A stretch of 59,487 bases of DNA, filler included. It is 5 parts of 5 records of this genome, joined end to end, with 100 filler letters (N's around TTAATTAATTAA, not from the genome) between each part and the next. Parts side by side here need not be neighbours in the genome. Positions count along the whole stretch, not along the records: positions 48,554 to 59,487 come from SRR22947727_6017; 4 more parts are not named here. One strand, given 5' to 3'. The position numbers and the translations under genes are program-made. Position 1 is the stretch's first letter, and each line of letters opens with the position of its first letter. Of this stretch, positions 49,319 through 59,487 are shown in pieces. A model generated the notes under the pieces. That model was not told the DNA's origin, searched no databases, and saw only the letters and a list, made by a program, of their open reading frames with translations.

Positions 49319-50128
49319 TCAGCTGAACAATCCTTCGTCCATCAAGGTTTGGAGGCGATCCAATACATCGGGGGATTCCATCTGCTCGAGAGCCGTGCGG
49401 GCTTCATCGCGAACAGACCTTTCACGATCATGCAAAAGCGCACGGACAAACACCTCAATCACCTCGAGGCGACGGGGTTCAACAAGATGTTCAAGCAAGC
49501 GGCCGAGAGCCCAGATGCAATTGCTTCGCACCACGGACTCACTGTCGATTCGCAAGCTAATCAGCAACTGGCCTGCCGCCGGATCTGCCTTTGCCGCAGA
49601 GGTCACACCAGCTTCAGCGAGAGAAACAGACGCCCACAAGCGCACAGCCGCCACATCGGTCTGCAAGGCGCGAATCAAGGGATTCAGCACTGGTGCATCC
49701 GGATAATTACCAAGACTCCATGCCGTGGCTTTGCGCACATAGGCATTGCTGTCCTCTTGCAGCAATTTCAGAAGGGGTCCCACAGCAGGGGGGGAGGGAT
49801 TCCGACCGAGGGCGTAGACAGCGCTCATGCGCACAACGGGGCACACCTCCTCTAAGAGGGGCAGCAGAAGCGAAACCGAACGGGGGTCTCGATGTTCACA
49901 AAACACGCGCAACCCTTGGAGCCGCTGATCATGACCTTGCTGCAACCAATTCAGAGCTTCATCACACTGACGAATGGCCTCTAAGGCATCCTGCTCTGGA
50001 TCATCGAGATCAATTTCATCAAGGGGATCACCCACCTGTTCAGCTTCAAGCTCACGGGCGAGCACGTCAGGATCGATGGCCAGATTGGCCACACGTGATT
50101 CACGATCCAGGGGCGGGCGATCGGTCAT
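49319..50128 (-). CDS. HEAT-repeat (PBS lyase-like) protein
   Basis: Repeated VRxxAxxALG motifs. Confidence 0.85.
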   Translation of the reverse strand: MTDRPPLDRESRVANLAIDPDVLARELEAEQVGDPLDEIDLDDPEQDALEAIRQCDEALNWLQQGHDQRLQGLRVFCEHRDPRSVSLLLPLLEEVCPVVRMSAVYALGRNPSPPAVGPLLKLLQEDSNAYVRKATAWSLGNYPDAPVLNPLIRALQTDVAAVRLWASVSLAEAGVTSAAKADPAAGQLLISLRIDSESVVRSNCIWALGRLLEHLVEPRRLEVIEVFVRALLHDRERSVRDEARTALEQMESPDVLDRLQTLMDEGLFS

Positions 50129-50165
50129 GGCTTTGATCGTAGAAGCATCGGGTCAACTGACCAGG

Positions 50166-50291
50166 TCAACTGATAGGAGCTGGCGCAAGCATGTCGCCAG
50201 GCAACCAGATACGTGCACTCACCGCAAACAGAGCGAGGCCAAATAAAGCCACGATCAAAACAGGAAGAATGGTGCTGCGAAAAAAACTCAC
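50166..50291 (-). CDS. 41-aa single-TM small protein
   Basis: GTG start, MSFFRSTILPVLIVALFGLALFAVSARIWLPGDMLAPAPIS*; fills the gap on the coding strand; below the ORF-track cut-off. Confidence 0.7.
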   Translation of the reverse strand: MSFFRSTILPVLIVALFGLALFAVSARIWLPGDMLAPAPIS

Positions 50292-50320
50292 GGTTCTAGT
50301 TTTCCATTCATTCTGAAGGG

Positions 50321-52096
50321 TCACTCAACGGCAAGGCGCGACTGCCGCCCTCGCAAAAGGAGAGAGAGGGACACAACCGTGAGGATTAAACCGGACCAAC
50401 CTGCAACTTGCTGGTGCAGAAGGAAGGCACCCGAGCCAAGCAGCGCCCCAAACAGAACACAACTACTCAGCACAAACCGAGTGAGGAGATCTCGCAGTGA
50501 TTCAGAAGCCTCCACCTCACAGCGCCGCCGCCAACGACTCCAGCCAGGTCCTGGGGGCTGAACGCGCTGGACGAACCCTTCAAGCACCTCCGCCGACTCC
50601 GGAGGAGTGAGCAACATCACCACCACCCAAACCACTGCCGTGATGGCAGTCGTCACCATCAACCTGAGCCCGTAGTCCGAAATTTGAAGAACGGGGATCA
50701 CAGAGGTGGCCAAGCCAACAAAGAATCCACACACCATCGATGACAGCTCTGCAGCAGCATTAATTCGCCACCAGAACCAACGCAAGACCAGGACCACACC
50801 AGGACCAGTCCCGATCGCGATCACCAGGCGGAACACGGTGCCGATGCTGTCACTGATCAAAGCCGTTAACACCCCCAACACCAACAAAAGAACGCTGGTG
50901 GCCTGTCCAACAAAGAGCAGCTCTTTCTGAGAAGCATCAGGCTTCACAAAGCGCTGATAGAGGTCGTGGGTGAGATAACTGGCACCCCAGTTCACAGAAG
51001 TGCTAACCGTGCTCATAAAGGCAGCCACTAAGGAAACCACTACCAGACCAAGCACCACAGGCGGGAGGTAGGCCACCGCCAGAGCCGGATAACTCAATTC
51101 CCAATCCGCCTGATCGGGCAGCAGGACCAGAGCCGCAAGAGCCACCAAAACCCACAGCCAGCTGCGCAGCAGGTAATTCACCACAAGAAACACCCAGCCC
51201 GCCAACCGCGCCTGACGTTCATCGCGGGTGGCAAGCATCCGTTGAATGAATTCACCACCGCCATCGCTACGTCGAAAACTCCACCACTGCACCGTGAGGT
51301 AAGCCAAGAAGGTGGAAGCACTGATGCCTGCCCCTCCAATCCAATCGAAACCAGAGTCAGTCCAACGCCAAGGGACAAGCGACAACACCTCGGGACGACC
51401 CAATTCGTTGAGGCTGGTGAGCAGTGCATCCATCCCGCCAGCGGCATGAATGGCAGCCCAAGCCACAGCCAGAGCCCCCACCATCGCCAAAATCAACTGC
51501 ACAAAATCAGTGATCACAACGGCCCAAAGGCCACCGGCCACCGTGTACACGAGGACCAACAAAGCCACGATCATCAACAACAGCACCGTGTCGGGAAGAC
51601 CGCCGAGTGCAGGCATGGGCTGATCGGACACAATCCCTAGCGCTTGCACCACCTTTCGCATGGCCAAAAACGCATAACCGATGCCGATGCAATTGATCGG
51701 AAGGGCCAGCAAAAAGGCTTTCGTGCCCCGCAGCCAAGCCGCCGTCGCTCCTCCGTAGCGGAGTTCTGTAAAGGCTGCGTCTGTCATCACGCCGCTGCGG
51801 CGCCAAAGAGGAGCAAACACCACAGCCATCGCCACATGAGCAAGACCAAACCCCCACCACTCCCAATTCGCTGCCAGGCCTCTAGTGCCCACCAAGCCCG
51901 CGACATACAACGGTGTATCGATCGAGAAAGTAGTGGCAGCCATCGAAGCGCCTGCCAACCAACCACTCAGGCTGCGTCCAGCAACGAAATAATCATCTTC
52001 CCCCTGATTGCGTCGAGCCAGCCAAAGCCCAAGAAACAAGGTTCCAACTAGATAAAAGACCAGCAAAAACCAGTCAATCGGTGCCATCGGATCCAA
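50321..52096 (-). CDS. sodium:solute symporter family protein
   Basis: DYFVAGRSL, SMAATTF, AGGLWAV, QRMLA, AAFMST. Confidence 0.9.
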   Translation of the reverse strand: MDPMAPIDWFLLVFYLVGTLFLGLWLARRNQGEDDYFVAGRSLSGWLAGASMAATTFSIDTPLYVAGLVGTRGLAANWEWWGFGLAHVAMAVVFAPLWRRSGVMTDAAFTELRYGGATAAWLRGTKAFLLALPINCIGIGYAFLAMRKVVQALGIVSDQPMPALGGLPDTVLLLMIVALLVLVYTVAGGLWAVVITDFVQLILAMVGALAVAWAAIHAAGGMDALLTSLNELGRPEVLSLVPWRWTDSGFDWIGGAGISASTFLAYLTVQWWSFRRSDGGGEFIQRMLATRDERQARLAGWVFLVVNYLLRSWLWVLVALAALVLLPDQADWELSYPALAVAYLPPVVLGLVVVSLVAAFMSTVSTSVNWGASYLTHDLYQRFVKPDASQKELLFVGQATSVLLLVLGVLTALISDSIGTVFRLVIAIGTGPGVVLVLRWFWWRINAAAELSSMVCGFFVGLATSVIPVLQISDYGLRLMVTTAITAVVWVVVMLLTPPESAEVLEGFVQRVQPPGPGWSRWRRRCEVEASESLRDLLTRFVLSSCVLFGALLGSGAFLLHQQVAGWSGLILTVVSLSLLLRGRQSRLAVE

Positions 52097-52120
52097 TTAA
52101 GTCTGCTTTCGCAGTCTCCT

Positions 52121-53355
<1,235 letters not shown>

Positions 53356-53377
53356 TCATACAAAAGGAGAGAAAGAA

Positions 53378-59426
<6,049 letters not shown>

Positions 59427-59473
59427 TGGCGTTTAAGAAAAAAGGCGGTTGTGTCGTTTCGTTCGTTGATCCG

Positions 59474-59487
59474 TCAGTCCTCGTCGT
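59474..59487 (-). CDS. rpoB: last codons of RNA polymerase beta subunit
   Basis: ...DED* directly upstream of rpoC1, consistent with rpoB-rpoC1-rpoC2 order. Confidence 0.65.

Overview
This window is five unrelated contigs joined by four artificial 100-nt spacers (N44-TTAATTAATTAA-N44), so no adjacency across a spacer is biological. Contig 1 (1-8372) and contig 5 (48554-59487) are marine Synechococcus-like core DNA: rbp, dusA, msrB, a flavoprotein, pilCTB and grpE-dnaJ; then ycf35, a HEAT protein, an Na+/solute symporter, rlmN, hli and rpoC2-rpoC1-rpoB. Contig 2 (8473-21732) looks like a marine gammaproteobacterium: thiolase, NMO/FabK-like flavoprotein, a double-domain DsbA/kappa-GST protein, an Ntn acylase, convergent RhlE-like and DbpA helicases, an FeS-less (6-4) photolyase-like protein and an iron ABC permease. 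Most of its intergenic gaps carry degenerate short tandem repeats. Contigs 3 (21833-37220) and 4 (37321-48453) are Rhodobacteraceae-like: a taurine catabolic cluster (tpa, tauR, xsc, ackA, pta, citrate synthase, tauE, soeAB) and housekeeping genes. The most notable signals are: (i) pta appears inverted in place between 5-bp inverted repeats inside an otherwise co-directional operon, and flipping it back rebuilds well-formed gene junctions; (ii) a structured rhlE 5' leader with mutually exclusive pairings next to the RBS; (iii) paired TauR boxes; (iv) an RpoH promoter plus ROSE-type thermometer at hsp20. No CRISPR array, rRNA, tRNA or intact mobile element was seen. Taxonomic calls are from protein recognition and composition, not from database searches.
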